Below are positions 1 to 14,950 of a DNA stretch of 64,000 bases, piece after piece (positions within the stretch are counted from its first letter, which is position 1; the number at the start of each line of letters is the position of its first letter). The position numbers were made by a program, and so were the translations under genes. Below the pieces are notes generated by a model. It saw only the letters and a list, made by a program, of their open reading frames with translations, was not told the DNA's origin and ran no database searches. The DNA is from the human T2T-CHM13v2.0 reference genome, Homo sapiens, in the NCBI RefSeq assembly GCF_009914755.1, contig NC_060939.1; one strand, given 5' to 3'.

Positions 1-127
1 GAATTACATCAGATAAAACCTACCAAAAAGGATCAAGGTGAACCAACACTTCATTTGATAACACTGCGGCATACATCAATATACAACCCAGAATTGGTAT
101 ACTGTTTATATAACACCCATTGATTAA

Positions 128-352
128 TAGCACAGTAGGGAACTTAGAGTTAACAACAATTTACTGTATATTTCAAAATGGCTAAAATAATTTTTTTTGT
201 ATTCCCAACACACACAAAAAGATAAATGTTTGAGGTGATGGATATCCCAATTACCCTGATTTGATCTTTACACATTGTATACAGGTATTAAAGTATTACA
301 TGTATCCCCAAAATATGTACAACAATTACATATCAATAAGTAATTTAAAAAA
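128..352 (+). mobile_element. L1MA-type LINE-1 3' end fragment
   Basis: gataaatgtttgaggtgatggatatcccaattaccctgatttgatc...A-rich end matches the L1MA 3' UTR. Confidence 0.8.
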
Positions 353-1210
353 ATCAAACTCATTTAAAGCCTACACATACATATTAATTATAGCACATAG
401 CAATGGCAAAGGTCTATCATGGTCAAAAAGAATACAACTGAATAAATTAATACCTGGGGAAATGAAATGGAAAAGAAATCAAGTAGTATTCATTCAAAAA
501 TGCCTGTCCCTTTCCATAGAGTTAATCGAAGGCACAACGACTATGCCATAAACCAAAGTTCCAACCAAGAGTCAAAGCTATATTTTATAGAATTGCCACT
601 TTCCTCACCAATACCAATAAATAAATTATTAAATCTACCCTTTTGGCATAATAAAGTCATTTCAATAGAACTAAGAGTGCCACAGTTTCAATGTCATCTC
701 TTCTGAAAATAAATGTTGCTGTCTTGACTCAGAATTCAAATTGCAGCAGCAGGTCATTATTTTGTTCTATTCTATTGACATATTTTAACTCATTTTGTAA
801 ACCTGGAATTTGTTCCTGTTCTATAATCCCAGACAGAAAAATGTTTATGAGAAGGCAATTTCATTTTGCTAGGATGACAGTGATAGTCCCTTGGGGGAGA
901 GGCCAACTCAAGCAGGACTGAAGCAGCTGTTAGAAGCCAATTTTCCTACCTGCTAATTGCTTTTATGACTAGGATGTACGGGCTCAGACACCCACCTGGC
1001 AAGCAGAAAATAGATGGAAACAGTCACATCTCAAGAGGTTTTTCCCTTCTTCTAAAAGAATTCAACTAGGAGACAAAACAGCGAAGAAACAGAAAAATGT
1101 CAAAAATACAAAAATATTAATTGCAAAAACATTAATTGTATCTTCCTGACTACCAAAAGGAAAATGAAAAAGAATGAAAAGACATTTGTACGAATAGCTG
1201 GTAGAAAAAA

Positions 1211-1640
1211 TATTCATTCATTGGTCACTCAGTAAATATTTACTGAAATGCCTATTATGGCAGACACTACTGTAGGTGCTAGAGATACAGCAGTAAACTA
1301 GACACAATGTCCCTTTGTCCCCATCAGAGGAGATTAATGAGAAATAACAGCTACCAATTAGTGATCTGGTACTAAGAGGAAAACAAAACGCAGCCATGTA
1401 ATAAAGTGAGTTGAGAAGCACCAATTTACAGTGAGTTGTCAAGGAAGCCTCTTTGAAGAGGGGACATTTAAGCTGAGACTTAAATGACAAGAAGAATCCA
1501 GTAAACCACCAGTCTGAGGGAAGACCATTCCTTGCAGAGGGACAAGGAGTAGAAGACTTGCAAGTTGGAATAAACTTGGTATATTCATAGAAGACAAAAG
1601 AAGGCCAGTGTAGCTGGAGTTTTGTGAACAACGTTAACAA
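1211..1640 (-). mobile_element. L2 (L2a-like) 3' fragment
   Basis: tattcattcatt...aaatatttactgaaatgcctattatggcagacact...gatacagcagt is the reverse complement of the L2 3' end. Confidence 0.75.
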
Positions 1641-2659
1641 CGGCAGAAGATAAGATCTCTTCAAAGTGCCACGGCCATTTCAAAGTTATCTGCTGAGAAG
1701 ATAAAAATAAAACTATGACCCATGAACTATTCATGGAAATTCACTTTTGGACTAGTAATGACCACCAGGAAACCTTCAACAAAAAAAAGATAAGCATGAG
1801 TTGAGAAATGCCACAGAGGAAGAGGTTTCTGAATCAGAAAGAATCGGCATCAGAGTACTGGCTGAATCAGTGCTGTCAGGAACCTCAAAAGCAATATTGT
1901 TCTAGATAAGATCAACATCTAGGGCTGGCACACCTGGACAAGGTGATATCTGAGGCTTATAATAGGAACCGTTAAAGCACAGCACTCATAAATGAACTCC
2001 AATCACAAAGGAATGTTTCTGGATGTATTTGTCCTAATACTTGTTTGACCTACACATTTGAGATAGCCCAGAGACTTTAAAAAAATTTTAATGTAAATAA
2101 CAAATATAACAACATAAAACAACACCCTCCTAAAACAGAAATTTTTAGAAATTACAGAAAATATTTCCATGTTTAAAACTCTTCCTAGGTTACAAAATAA
2201 ATTAGGAGTTTTTTAAAAGAAAAAAAATTTAGTGAGTGTATAGATCATCTGTTTTCCTTCTATAGCAAGCACAAAACAGTGTTTAAGTTCAAAAGCATCT
2301 ACAACATTAAACAATGCTACATTTAAAAATAAAATATACCTACTAAAAAAAAAGTAGCTCACCTTAATTGAAGGATAAACTTTATTTTTAAGCACTGAAT
2401 GATTCCCAAACATACTGTATAGGTTGCATAATGCTAACAAGACATTTTGTAATAGTGCTATAATGTTAAAATTCCCAAACTATGCACATGGCTATCAAAT
2501 ATATGCACTTTTCTACAAAAACATTTTGGTCAGACATTATTCATCTAGAGAAAAAAAGAAAGAAACAACAATGGAGATCAAAAACTTGCTCTACATGAGG
2601 TATATGGCAATGTGTCTTCACTTAAGCCACATGCTAAGAAAAAAAAAAAAAAAAAGAAG

Positions 2660-2810
2660 ACTGGGATCAGAGACCCACCTGTACTGGAATCCCACCTCTC
2701 ACACTAATTAGCGTACAACATCCCTGAGTCTCAATTTTCCTCATCAGTAAAATGAGTCTCATGCCACCTACTCTTACAAGATTGATAGGAATATTAAATA
2801 AAACAGGTTA
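2660..2810 (+). mobile_element. MIR SINE
   Basis: ctgagtctcaattttcctcatcagtaaaatg MIR core. Confidence 0.7.
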
Positions 2811-2964
2811 AATTTAAAGGAATCCCATCTTATTATTTGGTAATTACACTATAAGCAAGGGAAATGTCTTTAAAAAACAGCTGATTTTTTAAAAAGAAAA
2901 AATAATAAATAATAGGTTGTAAAAGCTAAACACAATGTAAACAATACTCAAGTTGAATATACAG

Positions 2965-3220
2965 GCCAAACTCCTTTATTTTACCTATGAAGAAATAAAA
3001 GCTTGGCAAGCTTAAGTGACCAGCCCAGAGTTGAAAAAGCAGGCAGAAAAAGGGCTAAAATCTTGCTTAATTCCTAAATGTGGTATACATTTTATAGAGC
3101 ACTTTCATGTATAAGATCCAATTGATGTCCATGATAAAATAGTTAATCTGACTCACGGGAAAACCCAAGGCACCAAAGTCAGCCAGCTTCTTAGTTATAG
3201 AACTGTGACTAAAACCCGAT
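2965..3220 (-). mobile_element. MIR fragments
   Basis: ttttacctatgaagaaataaaagct...aagtgaccagcccagagt and further degenerate MIR sequence. Confidence 0.5.
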
Positions 3221-3230
3221 GATGAATATC

Positions 3231-3391
3231 TTTTTTTCTTTTTTGTTTTTGTGGGGGAGGGGGCGGGCAGGTGGGGGTAGAGTGGGGGTCTGTGTTGCTC
3301 AGGCTGGTCTTGAACTCCTGGGCCCAAGCAATCCTCTTGCCTTGGCCTCGCAAAGTGCTGGGATTATAGGCATGACTTACCATGTATGGAC
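3231..3391 (-). mobile_element. FLAM / free left Alu monomer
   Basis: ctcaggctggtcttgaactcctgggcccaagcaatcctc...ctgggattataggcatg, single monomer with T-tail. Confidence 0.85.
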
Positions 3392-3408
3392 TATGTCTCT
3401 TAAAATAG

Positions 3409-3788
<380 letters not shown>

Positions 3789-5409
3789 TCAGTCAATAAT
3801 TATTTTTTAAAGTCACACTACAAAGACATAAATGTTTCCATGTTGTATTTAAGAGAGTCAATCAGTTTAACATAAAAATGTTCATAATAGGAGCAAATTA
3901 AATTGCCAAAGACACATTTTTAGGCCTATTTCCCAAAGCTCAATTGATATTGGCTTAATATAATGTAGCAAGACTTACTTTTATTCTGTTTGTTCATAGA
4001 TTATTTAAACCAGATAGGTGGGTTACGGAGTCACTGAATATATGCTTGAGTATGATACTGAATCCATGTTTCTATCATTAATGACTCTAATATTCACGTA
4101 CTTCAAAATTACTTAATCAATCCTTTACATTGTCCTTTCTTCACGTAGGATTTTCAAGCTAACCCTTCTATAAGTAGGTCAATCATTCTTAGACTTAAGT
4201 TGAGATGATTCACTTTCACAAATAATTAGGTTACAAATACTGCATTGTTTTGCAGCTGAGGGGACAGCCAGGCTGGAAAACTAATTAAAAGAAAAGGATT
4301 CAAGTGGAGAGGAGCCAACTGAACAATATGGTATCTAAAAAACAGACACATTTACAATACATGTTTCTGAGTGTCACGAAGAAAATATACATCTGCTCCA
4401 TATTCCAAATTCTTCCTTTAAAAAGGATCAAGCATTATAGGAAGATTTCTAGGTTTAAGAAGAAGACATAGAACAGCAATGTAGGAAGTCAGGGCTCAGC
4501 CACCATGATAGTTTTCAGATCATTTGTGCAAACATAATAAGAGCATACCCCCAAATAGGTCTCTGTTCAAAGCCACTTCGAAAGATGTGAAAATGCATGC
4601 ACAAAAGTAATCTCTGAGTTTTGCAACTACTAACTGGCAACACTGTTGTTGGGTAGGTGAGAACACAAAAGAACAATAAATCAATACACAAATTAACAGT
4701 AACCACTCACACTAATTTCATATGAATTAGAAGAATCAATATATAATTTGGGTGGGAATCCAGCACTCTTGAAATAGTCATGGCCAGAGAGTATCATCAA
4801 ATTAACTACTTAGCTCAGTTCACAAGACTTCATTTGTGCTCAGCAAGGACTATCACTGAATAGGGAACAGCCTGAATGTAGCAAGCTTTCCACTGAATTA
4901 AGATAGTGTATATATCTTAAGGTATGTTGCTTGTCTGTCTTCTAAGAATTTTTTAAGCTACATTTGAAAAAACATGATAATACAATTGTGAGTCTCCTTA
5001 GTGTTAAATTTATAATTAGATAGGCAAAATAGTAAGTATATGTGTGTTAGAGATTCAAGTAAAAAAAAAAAAAAAACAAGGCCCAGCTTGTGACATAGCA
5101 TCACTACAGATCCCCCTACAGCTCAGTTCCCTACAGCTTCCTCAGCCATAGCTCTAAACAAGCCACAGAAATCAGAATGATCATGCTGAAGCACCTTATG
5201 GATTAATAAAGACAGATCAATTCTGTATAACCTATTTTGTTTTTTATTCAAATTATCTAAAATTGATAATTTGTAATTGGCTGTTAAGAAACATAATCAA
5301 TTACTGGAGCACTCCATTTCTCAATCACCTTGGATACGCAGGCATTTACTACAAACATGGCCCTCTATTTAGAGCAATTCACATGTAAAGCACTCCATTA
5401 ATTACACTC

Positions 5410-5839
5410 TTCATTCAATACACATCTATTAAGCACTATTGTGTACTAGGCACTATTGGTATTAGAGAAATACCATGCTGAATCAAATCAGCCCCTGCCT
5501 TCAGAGGCAGAAGGCTTTGCTTACAGACATGCAAACATTACATAATGAGACAAGTGCCATAACAACATGTATACAAACCACTATGGAAATACACAAAGGG
5601 AAGGACTTAATTCTTCCTGGGGAGGTGAAGAAAAAAGGCTTGTCAGACTACCTAATATTTAACTGAGTGTTAAAGGGTCAGTATAAGTTTGTTTGGTAGA
5701 TATACTAGAGGTTGTTCATGAGAGAGGATGTGACAGACCCACAGCCTGTGCAAAGTTGGGAGGGCAGAAAAGAGTACTTGCTTGGAAAGACAATAGAGCT
5801 CGGTAATAGGTAAGAATGAAAAAGTAAGTATGATCAGAA
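5410..5839 (-). mobile_element. L2 fragment (resumes ~6182-6385 after the LTR)
   Basis: tcattcaatacacatctattaagcactattgtgtactaggcact reverse L2 3' end. Confidence 0.7.
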
Positions 5840-6181
5840 TGAGGCAGGAAAATATGGTCTGGAGGCAGGGAACATAAAGCCAATTTACACTTCAGCTATA
5901 ATAGGAAATATCCTCTCCATAGGGTATATGCCGTAAATGACTTTGTAACTTTACCTCATCCTCTTCATTTACATAGGGCGTACCCCAAGTAAAGGGTATT
6001 TAAACTCATGAAAAACTCCGTTAACAGGGCCTTTGAGCCCGTATGCTCAGGCCCACTCCCACACTGTGGCATGTACGTTCATTTTCAATAAATCCCTTCA
6101 TTCCTTCCTTGCTTTGTTTGTGCGTTTTGTCCAATTCTTTGTTCAAGGTGCCAAGAACCTGGACACCCTCCACCGTTAACG
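5840..6181 (+). mobile_element. ERV1 solo LTR, MER61A-like
   Basis: Starts tgaggcaggaaaatatggtctggaggcagggaacataa and ends aagaacctggacaccctccaccgttaacg. Internal aataaa. 4-bp TSD agaa (5836-5839 / 6182-6185). Confidence 0.85.
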
Positions 6182-6389
6182 AGAATAGGGCACAGAGGTT
6201 CTCCAACAGGCCATGTTAAGACTTTATCTTGATGAAAATGTGGAGCACTGAAAAGTTTTGAACACGGGTGTGGTAACAGTTTGAGTTTTAGACAATTATT
6301 TCCGGGCATACAAGAAAAGGACAGACCAGAAAGAATAAAGTCTAAAGGTAATGAAGTCTGGTAGACCTATTATAAGATTATTAAAATCA

Positions 6390-6664
6390 GCCAGGTGTGG
6401 TGGCTCATGCCTATAATACCAGCAATTTGGGAGGCCAAGGCGGGAGTATAGCTTGAGCCCAGGAGTTCAAGACCAGCCTGGGTGACATAAGGAGACCCCA
6501 TCTCTCCAAAAATTTAAAAATTGGCCAGGCATGGTGATACATGCCTGTGGTTCCAGCTACTCAGGAGATTGAGGTGTAAGGATTGCTTTAGCCTGCAGTG
6601 AATTATGATCACCACTGCACTGCAGCCTCCAGCCTGGGTGACAGAGCAAACCCTGTCTCAAAAA
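6390..6664 (+). mobile_element. AluJ with internal deletion in the right arm
   Basis: Alu dimer with gcttgagcccaggag; TSD attattaaaatca (6377-6389 / 6665-6677). Confidence 0.9.
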
Positions 6665-7669
6665 ATTATTAAAATCACTACTATCCTTAGATCAAGGCAG
6701 TAGGATTTGGTCCTCCTAGCCATACCTCTCCCCCAGGAAGTGAGCAGTGCAGAGGGCCAAATCGAAGTGCCTTACTCGATCTATCTCCAGAAATCACTTT
6801 CTATCTACCTGAAACCCCAGAACTCTGCTCAAATGGCCCTGAGTCCACTTCCAAGACAGGTCCTCATTCAGATACACGCACCACTAGGCCTGAAGGGGAG
6901 ATGAGGGACAGCTGTTGAGAGGAAATGGGGGCTATGGAGAGAGCCTGGACATTTTGCCAAAATTTAAAAATACATACATTTTAAATTTAAAATATATATA
7001 CTTTAGAAATATGTCATTTTTTAATATATATAAAACTACAAATTGAGAATTAGCAACTTCATACCATACTCATGAATAACTGAATATTTCTGCCTAGAAA
7101 CCTAAGGTTGTTTATGATATAGAGTATTAACCTGAAATTTTTAAAAATTTAATGTTTCAAGAAGATTTGAAATAATTATTTAACAGACAAAAAATATTTT
7201 CCCTATAAGACAGACATACAAAAGTCAGGATCAACTTCTCAGAAAGTCAAAGCAATTTGAAGATAGATGTGCCAAACAGGTGTTCATAACAGCTTTGTTA
7301 AAAAAAACAAAAAAAGACATTTAGTGAAGGATCAATGTGTGGACTAAAGGCACATATTTGCTATACACAAATGAGCTAATGTATTGTACTGCTCTTCTCA
7401 TTAGCTACAGAGATGCATTACCCTCACATTAAATACTCAGTGAGTAAAACACTCTGGCAAGCATCTGTTGGCTAATAGCAAAGAAAACCATGAACCCTCT
7501 GAGGCCAATTTCCATCCAGCTGCAAGCATGGAAGCAGCAAACACATGCACTGCTTTTCAATATCAACCCCAAATAACCGTGAAAAAGAAACTCCTCGGCT
7601 ATTCTGTGGCAAAGGCATTCCAAGTATCGATCGTGTATGCTAAACAAGACACTTGGAAAAAGTTAACTC

Positions 7670-8380
7670 CCTAAATCCAGGCTGGCATTTAACTTGCTTG
7701 TTACCAACAGACTGTGGTAGAAGTGACACTGAGTGACTTCCAAGGTTATGTCGAGAAAAGCCATGCAGGTTCTGGGACTAAGTTTGGGATGGCTGCTATA
7801 CAGCAACGTTGCCAGACAGAATTTGGTATGTGAAACTGGGATGCTGACATAACAAAAACCTAAAAGATGCGACACTGGTTTCAAGACTGGGTGGTGGACC
7901 GAAGCTGGACCCTGGCTTGAAGAGCCTGGTAGAAACTATTGAAAAGGAATTAAAGGAGAGTTAAATGTTTTCAGAAAGACCTTGTTATGAAGTGGCAGAA
8001 AACTTAGCAAAACTGTTGCCTGCAGTAAGGTAAAAAAACAGAAAATGTTGGTAATGAACTACTACTTCTACCTAAGGTAATTTCAAAGCAGAATGTCCAA
8101 ACTGTCAACTGGTTTCTTTTATATGTATAATATAAGGTAAAAAAAGAGATGACCTAAAGAAGAAAGTACTTTTCCAGCAGAATTTAGGGGAAATACAAAG
8201 AAGTCAGCAATTGCTGGGTCCAAAAATAAAACTATTTCTCATCCACAATGTCTCCCAGCAGAGAATGCTCAAAGTAAGAAAAGGTCTGAGGACAAAGATC
8301 AAACATAGGATGCAGAAAAGAAAAATCTCATCTCAAGGTAGAGACGAAAGCCAAAGGTGTTACTGTGAAATCCTTTGTTA
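7670..8380 (+). mobile_element. ERVL-MaLR (MLT1) LTR remnant plus internal sequence
   Basis: gtggtagaagtgacactgagtgacttccaagg LTR motif, then cttgttatgaagtggcagaaaacttagcaaaactgttgcctgcagta typical of MLT1-int. Confidence 0.7.
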
Positions 8381-8389
8381 CATTTCTCT

Positions 8390-9150
8390 CCTGATTTCTT
8401 CTTCATGATCTTCTTCCCAGTTCCTTTTTCTGCACTTGTCCACTACATCTAAATGTCCCTGAGGATTTTGTCCTCAATCCCGGGCAATTCCTTCTTCAAT
8501 CACTCTCTAAAATCTATTAACCTCAAAAACTCTCTCTCCCTTTCAAGCCTCCACCTCCCTCTAAGAACAGCAGACAGATCTGTACATCTCCACTCAACTA
8601 TCTCAGAGAAACATCAAACTAAATATTACAAAATCCTATCTTCCACTCCAAAAGTTCCTTCTATACCTGAATACACACTGGAAAGGAAACAAATAGTGCC
8701 ACACCCATTAAATTGCCCAACTTGAGAGTCATCTCTGATTTCTACACTTCCTTCTCCTCACCCAACACCAATATTTAATTAGTCACCAATTTCTATGAAT
8801 TCCACCTGCTAAAGCTTTCTGGCATCTGCCCCTCTTCAAGTTATCTCCTATCTGGACTATATATAGCCTTCTAAGTGGTCTCTCCATTCCAAAATATCTT
8901 TCATACTACTCTTGAAACCATCTTCTTAAAATAAAATATTAGCCATGTTAATCTCCTGGTGAGAATCCTTCAAGAGCTCCCAATCAAAACCCTTTGATAC
9001 AGCTTACAGGTAGGTACTTTGTGATCTGGCCTTTCCCTGCAAACTGTCCCCACATATCATTTATTCCAACCATGCCAAAAAACAGGACTTATACTCATGG
9101 TGGTTATGAATACATAGTTTTCTCTCTGCCTAGAAAGTGTTGTCTCTTGT
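8390..9150 (+). mobile_element. L2 fragments
   Basis: Pyrimidine-rich decayed L2 ORF2/3' sequence (cttgagagtcatctctgatttc, attagtcaccaatttctatgaattccacct). Confidence 0.6.
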
Positions 9151-9207
9151 TATGAATACTAAGTACGTTTTTGTCCATTAATTTAACAGTTTTAGAACAC
9201 TTAGTAG

Positions 9208-9583
<376 letters not shown>

Positions 9584-9934
9584 CTACCTAGAAAGAAAGA
9601 AAATAAGTACAACACAGGGATTTATAACGGAAAGTAGCATGGTGTAGTGGATTGATTTCTTGCAGGAGGTGGAGAGATACGATTGACAGACAGTAAGCAA
9701 AACAATGGAATAAATACAATATGATCTCCTGGATCAGCAAGTTTCCTTGATATAAGTAATTTAAAACATTTTAATACTATTATACATACTTATTATAAGT
9801 AAAATACAAATTTACATGAAAGATGCAATAAAAGACTTAAAAATTCATGGGCCATTTTGGGCAAGAATGACTGTTCAGATTAGAATTTAAAGTAAACACT
9901 TAGCAGAAGAGGAGCGACTTTAAGTCAGAGAGAC

Positions 9935-9977
9935 CCTTTTATAATTGCGCAAGTCACAACACATTTTGGCCCCGCCT
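9935..9977 (-). promoter_or_regulatory. Candidate core-promoter module: GC box - C/EBP palindrome - TATA box
   Basis: On the minus strand: AGGCGGGGCC (9977-9968), TTGCGCAA (9952-9945), TATAAAAG (9943-9936). Motif evidence only. Confidence 0.3.
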
Positions 9978-10529
9978 ACTCAAAAAGCCATCCCTAGTTC
10001 AGTTCAAGTTCAAATTCAGAGAAGCAATACTGAAAAATCAACAAGATTCTGTAGGACCCTTTGCTGCAGCCAGCTCACACCTCTATATGGCCCTCTATGA
10101 AGGGCTACAGACCTGGCATGGAAGAAGGCTTACTCATGACCAAGGAGTCTTGAACTCATCCATTTTGGGGGGTCCAGATTAAAGTTGCCTGTAATTACGT
10201 AAATCAGGTCTAAGAAGGCTGAGAAAAAGTTTACCTCGATTCCAATTCCTGTAGAATCGGAATTATAATAGAAAAACTGCTGACCCCCTCCCAGAATATC
10301 AGCCCTGGAAAAGTTACAGCCCTGGAAAAATGGAGAGAACTCAGAAAAACCCCTGGGTTGACTAGGACCCCTGTGTGTGGAATGGTGGCTTAGGCCTGAG
10401 ACAAGAGGCAGTCCAGCAAAGCTGTGGGATAACAAACGAGAAAAAGAACTACTAAAGTTCTATTTTGCTTCTCTTGTATCCCAGTGCCCATGTGCACACG
10501 ACCTGGCCCCAAACGTGCATTACTCAGTG

Positions 10530-11430
10530 ATAAAAATTCAGAACAGTGGTTCCCTCTGGTGAGGGATAAGAATGTCAAGGAAGAAGTCTGAAGGAACTTA
10601 AGGGGTAATAAAATGTTTTGAATTTTTACAGCAGAGTAGCTACATGAGTATATGCATTCATCAAATCTCACTCAACTATATATTTAAGAGCTGAGTATTT
10701 TATCATAAAATTGAAATTTATACCTCAACTTTTAAAAGTTTTTCTTAAAAGATCACAATAGATACTACTTTAGATCATTCAACTGGCAAAATTTAAAAGT
10801 CTGAAAAAAAACAAGTATTAGAGAGGCTGTAAAACAACAGGATTTCTCATACATCAATGGTAGGAGAATAAAATTGCATAAGCCCTTTGGAAATACACTT
10901 CGTATTATAACTTTAAGTTTAACATTCATTACCCTATGACCCAGCAATTACATTCATAGGTGTATACTCAATAGAATATCTTGCATACGCATAAGAGATT
11001 GACAAGAGTCATGGATAGTAATGTTTCCTGCAGCAATATTAAAAATTGCAAACACCTGAAAATAAGATTCTTATTCTTAATCCCAGGAATAAATTGAGCA
11101 TGATCACTTTCAAATATTTAAGTTGTCTTTACGTTTCAACAATAACCCAGTTTTTATACATATTATAGTTTGCTCAAGGTGTGCATATATAGAAATCCAA
11201 AATTAAGGCACAGAATTAAGGCATTATAATGATTTTGTATTTTTTAAAAGATGGAATTTATTTATTCAACATGACTTTTACAAGAGTAAAGATAGAATTC
11301 ATCTAAATGCTGGTTACATAAATTATACTATAACCACACACAAAATATCCTGTGGCTATAAACACGAATGAAGTAGATCTACATATATGGAAAAATCTCC
11401 AAGATACAGAAGTAAGTTTAAGAAGCAAAA
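10530..11430 (+). mobile_element. Old L1M (L1MC/ME-like) 3' fragments
   Basis: aaaattcagaacagtggttccctctgg...tttatacctcaac and ccctatgacccagcaattacattcatagg. Confidence 0.65.
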
Positions 11431-11434
11431 AGTA

Positions 11435-12031
<597 letters not shown>

Positions 12032-12299
12032 TAAGAAGCAAAAAGTAGAACAGTAAATTCTCACAGATCAAAATAAACTCCATATATATTGATGCATATG
12101 TATGTTTGCAAAAATAATTTAAAAGTAAATAAAGTGCTAATGTTAGTTTCTTTTGAAAATAGAGACAGAGGATCTAAGGTGAAAGATTTAATTTTGTACA
12201 TTTGCACTATCTATGAATCATTTTATACTATCTAAATTTCTGACCACATACCTTTTCTATTTTTTTAATTACAGAGAAGAGACAGAGGCCCTCGAAAAC

Positions 12300-13290
12300 T
12301 TTTTCTATTTCTAATAAGCAAACTCTTCCATGACCCACAGTAGTTATTCCAAACCTTTACCACTCCCCTCAAATCCCGTATCTCAGTCCTGTTGCCTTTT
12401 CCCACATAGCCAAGCCAAGGACCTTGTCCTCTGCTTCAGAGGAAATGAAAACTCCCTATATTTCCTAATTCACATCCACAAATTTGTCACTAGTTGCATC
12501 CATGAGCACTTCCTTCCCTCAGAAGAAAGAAGCCATTCCCGGCAAATCTTATGTTCTATCATGTGTTCTACATGCAATCTGCCATTTCTGCAAGGAGCCT
12601 GTTCTATTATTCTCCTCTCTCTCTCTACTTCCACAATTTTGCTCTTACCTGTTTCCTTTTTCCCCTACCTCTGTATATATGCATGTTCAAGCCTCTCCTA
12701 TATTAAAAAGTACCCTATGTTCCCCTCTATCAAGCACCCTAAACTCATTCCTTCTGTTCACAGTTAAACTTCTCATGAGAGTAGTCTATACTCTTTGATA
12801 GTCTCTTCTTCATCTCCCATTCACTGCTAAACACACTAGAATCTGTCCTCTGTCTCCACTGCTACTAAAAACAAAAAACCAATCTTACTAAGGTCACTAA
12901 AAGACCAAACCAAAAGTCATGCTGTAAACTTTATTTTATTTGAACTTTCTCTGTAGCATCTGACACTAATGAACACTGCCACCCTTTTCGAAACACTCTA
13001 ATCTCTTTGCTTCTGTGATATTTCTCTCTCCCGGCTCTCCACTGAGCATTGGGGGATTTAAAAATGAAAATGACAAAGTCCCTGACTTCAAGAAGCATAG
13101 TTTCTAAAATGAGAGAAACATACACAAACAATCACAACATAGTGAAAAAGTACAAAGTGCAGTGATAGCTTAGCAATCAACTTTATATGGGGAAGCGAGA
13201 GAGCACTTTAGGAGGAGGAAACTAGCATGTACAAAGTAACATATAAATCAGTATGGTTTGTACAGAAATTTTAATGGATAATGACTGAAC
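12300..13290. mobile_element. L2 fragments (+ to ~13040, then -)
   Basis: tcttactaaggtcactaa, tgaactttctctgtagcatctgacact (L2 ORF2); then acaaagtccctgacttcaagaagcatagt (reverse L2 3'). Confidence 0.6.
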
Positions 13291-13319
13291 ACACAAGTTG
13301 TGAAATAAACAATCTGACT

Positions 13320-13450
13320 GTATCTATTCTATCTGAGGATAAAATAACAGTCTTTACCTCACAGGACTACTGTGAAGATTACATGAAATGCTAAATATAA
13401 ACCACTTAGCATGGGGTCTGGCATATACAGAAAGATCTCAATAAGCGTTA
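13320..13450 (+). mobile_element. MIR
   Basis: tacctcacaggactactgtgaagattacatgaaatg...cttagcatggggtctggcatatacag. Confidence 0.65.
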
Positions 13451-13592
13451 TCTCATATACTTTCTGACAAAAACATTCAACAAACTATGACTAAAAGAGA
13501 ACTTCCTAAACCTGATAATGGGCAGTTATGAAATACCCATAGTTAACATCTTACTTGATCCTGAAAGACTGAATGTTTTCACCCTAAGATCA

Positions 13593-13921
<329 letters not shown>

Positions 13922-14950
13922 TTAAGAGACATGAAAGGGATCTAGATCAGAAAAGAGGTAAAACTATCACTATGACACGATGACATGATCTTACATATTA
14001 AAAAGCCCTAAGTAATCTATAAACAACTATTACAATTAACAAATAAGTTCAGCAAGGTTGTGTGATACAAAAATCATTATATTTCTATATACTAGCAATG
14101 AATAATCCAAAAATGAAATTAGAAAAAAAATTTCACTTAGAATACTATTAACAAAATAAAGTACTTAGGAATAAATTTAACAAAAGAATTATAAGACATA
14201 CACTGAAAACTATAAAACACTGAAAGAAATTAAAGACCTAAATAAATGGAAAAACATTCAGTGTTTACAGATTGGATGACTGACTGTAAAGTCCCCAAAC
14301 TGATTTAAAGATTCCTGCCTCAGATTCAACACAATCAAAATCTAGCTGGATTTTTTTGTAAAAATTGACAAGCTAATCCAAAAATTCATATGGTAATATA
14401 AGCAATCCAGAAGAGCCAAAACAATCTTGAATAAAGTTGGAAGAACTTACACTGCCCAATTTCAAAACTTTATTACACAACTACAGCAATCAGGACAATG
14501 TGGTACTGACATAAGGATAGACAAATCAATGGAACAGAATTGAAAGTCCAGAAATAAACCCCTACATTTATAGGCAATTTGTTTTCTTTAAGGGTGCCAA
14601 GATAATCCGATAGTCAGAGACAACTGGATATCTACATACAAATGAATGAAGTTGAACCCCTACATTACACCATTTATAAAAATTAAGTGAGAATGCATCA
14701 CAGACATAAAAATAAGAGGTGAAACAATAAAACTCCTAGAAGAAAACATGAGTATTCCCCAGGACCTTGAATTAGACAATTGTTTCTTAGATACAACACC
14801 AAAAGCAACCAAAAAAATAAATAAGTAAATAAATACTTTTGTGCTTCAAAGGACAATATCAAGAAGTGAAAAGACCCACAGAATAGGAGAAAATATTTGT
14901 AAATCATTTCTCATAAGAGATTTGTATCCAGCCAATATATATACACATAT

